NCBI GenBank assembly: GCA_963696385.1
Contig: CAVOKF010000003.1
Coordinates: forward strand, 672,001 to 736,000
DNA: 64,000 nt
Reading direction: 5' to 3'
Origin: an uncultured delta proteobacterium
GTDB taxonomy: Bacteria; Myxococcota_A; Polyangia; Polyangiales; Polyangiaceae
Each line of letters opens with the position of its first letter. Position 1 is the stretch's first letter. Position numbers and translations under genes: made by a program. Of the stretch, positions 62,304-64,000 are shown in pieces. Below the pieces are notes generated by a model that worked only from the letters and a program-made list of their open reading frames with translations, did no database searches and was not told the DNA's origin.

Positions 62304-64000
62304 GTCTGTCGTCGCCATTCATACGACGGCCCGTGGCGACGTCGTTGCTCGCCGCCGCAATCTTGCTCGCCGGGACTCTGGCCTATACCCACCTGGCGGT
62401 CGCCCCCCTGCCGCGGGTCGACTTCCCCACCATTCAGGTGCAAGCCCAGCTTCCCGGCGCGAGCCCCGAAACGATGGCGTCGTCGGTGGCGACGCCGCTC
62501 GAGCGACGGTTCGGTCGTATCGCGGGACTGACCGAGATGACGTCCACCAGCACTCTGGGCTCGACCTCCATCACCCTGCAATTCGATCTCCAACTCAACG
62601 TCGATGCGGCGGCGCGCGACGTCCAAGCCGCCATCGCCGCGGCGGGAGGCGAGCTGCCCCCCAACCTGCCCCTCAAGCCGACCTATCGAAAGGTGAACCC
62701 TGCGGATGCGCCCATCCTGATCGTCGCACTGACGAGCGACACGCTACCGCTATCGCAAGTCTTCGACACCGCAAACACCATTTTCGCGCAAAAGATTTCG
62801 CAGGTCGCGGGCGTCGGACAGGTATTCGTCGGGGGCGGCCAACAGCCCGCGGTGCGCATTCAAGTCGATCCCGAGTCGCTCGCCAGCATGGGACTCGGTA
62901 CGAACACGATCCGGACGGCCGTCAATGCCGCAACGGCCGACGAAGCCAAGGGCACGTTCGTGGGGCCGTCTCAAGCCGCGACGCTCGAGGCCAACGATCA
63001 GCTCCTCGATGCAAAAAACTACAAGCCGCTCGTCATCGCACAGAGCCCGGGTGCGACCGCGCAGCTGGGCGATCTGGCTCGCGTCTTCGAAAGCGTCGAG
63101 AACGATCGCGTGGCCGGTTGGGCGGACGGCAAGCGAGCCGTGCTGCTCATCGTTCGCAAGCAGCCGGACGCGAACATCATCGAAACGAACGAGCGCGTCA
63201 TGAAGCTTCTGCCGCAGCTCGCGCAATCCGTGTCGCCGGCCATCGACATCCAGGTGAGCAGCGATCGGACCCAGACGATCCGTGCCTCCGTTCAGGACGT
63301 CGAGCGCACCCTCATCATCAGCGTCGGCCTCGTCGTGTGCGTCGTCTTCGCGTTCCTGCGCTCTGGCCGAGCGACCCTCGTACCGGCCGTTGCGGTGCCG
63401 TTATCGCTCATCGGGACCTTCGGCGTCATGTGGCTGCTCCACTACAGCATCGACAATTTGTCGCTGATGGCGCTCACGATCTCGACGGGGTTCGTCGTCG
63501 ACGACGCGATCGTTGTGACCGAGAACATCATGAGGACCATCGATCGCGGAGAGCCGCCGATGCGTGCCGCGCTCATCGGCGCCTCGGAGATCGGGTTCAC
63601 GATCGTCTCGATCACCATCTCGCTATTGGCGGTGTTCGTACCGATTCTGCTCATGGGCGGAATCGTGGGCCGGCTGTTCCGCGAGTTCGCCGTGACGCTT
63701 AGCGTCGCGGTCGCCGCGTCGGCTGTCGTTTCATTGACGCTGACCCCGATGATGTGCTCTCGCATGATTCGCGACGAACGTCACACGGCGCACGGAACGC
63801 TGTACCGACTGTCCGAGCGCGCATTCGACTTGGCGCAAGCCTTCTATGAACGTGGGCTGCGCTGGGCGCTCGACCACCGGATCACGATGCTGTTCGTCAC
63901 GTTCGGAACGGTAGCGCTCAACGTCGCGCTCTTCTTCATCGTCCCGCCAGGGCTCTTCCCGCAACAGGATACCGGACTGCTGATCGCCACGACCGACGCC
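62300..64000 (+). CDS. mdtC: RND efflux transporter (MdtC-like), truncated by the window end
   Basis: GTG overlapping the mdtB stop; SPFIRRPVATSLL, LPRVDFPTI, PGASPETMASSVATPLER, GFVVDDAIV. Confidence 0.88.
   Translation, partial: MSLSSPFIRRPVATSLLAAAILLAGTLAYTHLAVAPLPRVDFPTIQVQAQLPGASPETMASSVATPLERRFGRIAGLTEMTSTSTLGSTSITLQFDLQLNVDAAARDVQAAIAAAGGELPPNLPLKPTYRKVNPADAPILIVALTSDTLPLSQVFDTANTIFAQKISQVAGVGQVFVGGGQQPAVRIQVDPESLASMGLGTNTIRTAVNAATADEAKGTFVGPSQAATLEANDQLLDAKNYKPLVIAQSPGATAQLGDLARVFESVENDRVAGWADGKRAVLLIVRKQPDANIIETNERVMKLLPQLAQSVSPAIDIQVSSDRTQTIRASVQDVERTLIISVGLVVCVVFAFLRSGRATLVPAVAVPLSLIGTFGVMWLLHYSIDNLSLMALTISTGFVVDDAIVVTENIMRTIDRGEPPMRAALIGASEIGFTIVSITISLLAVFVPILLMGGIVGRLFREFAVTLSVAVAASAVVSLTLTPMMCSRMIRDERHTAHGTLYRLSERAFDLAQAFYERGLRWALDHRITMLFVTFGTVALNVALFFIVPPGLFPQQDTGLLIATTDA

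Overview
This is a GC-rich core-chromosome window. Gene content and style (Ser/Thr kinases, FHA fusions, several RpoD-like sigma factors, Cys-rich lipoprotein, sigma54 motifs) suggest a Myxococcota / Polyangiales-type bacterium; that assignment is an inference. Housekeeping genes: lipB, guaB, glnE, yceD-rpmF-fabD-fabG-acpP-fabF-nrdR-ribD-def, HMG-CoA lyase, purF and alaS. Signalling genes: a REC-GAF-HD-GYP phosphodiesterase, two Ser/Thr kinases, two extra RpoD-like sigma factors and a LytS/LytTR pair. Also present: an orphan Mod-like DNA methyltransferase, a TolC-MdtABC-type RND operon running off the right edge, and one intact IS1634-family element (30006-31922, 10-bp TIRs, 6-bp TSD CCTAAC). 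Three genes carry single +1 frameshifts, possibly assembly errors. No tRNA, rRNA or CRISPR array was recognised. Best novel candidate: a ~55-nt minus-strand small RNA at ~29601-29658, where a correctly spaced sigma54 promoter puts +1 at the base of one long hairpin with a CUCUCCCCCC (anti-Shine-Dalgarno-like) loop ending in a U-tract. Other leads: several apparently catalytically dead fusions (FHA-pseudo-TadA, kinase-FHA-pseudo-GGDEF, HARE-HTH-disordered-pseudo-Mrr), a sigma54-driven 66-aa protein, helically phased repeats upstream of a sigma gene, and apparently frequent leaderless transcription. All calls come from reading the sequence by eye; no database searches were run, and many start codons were re-assigned by judgement.
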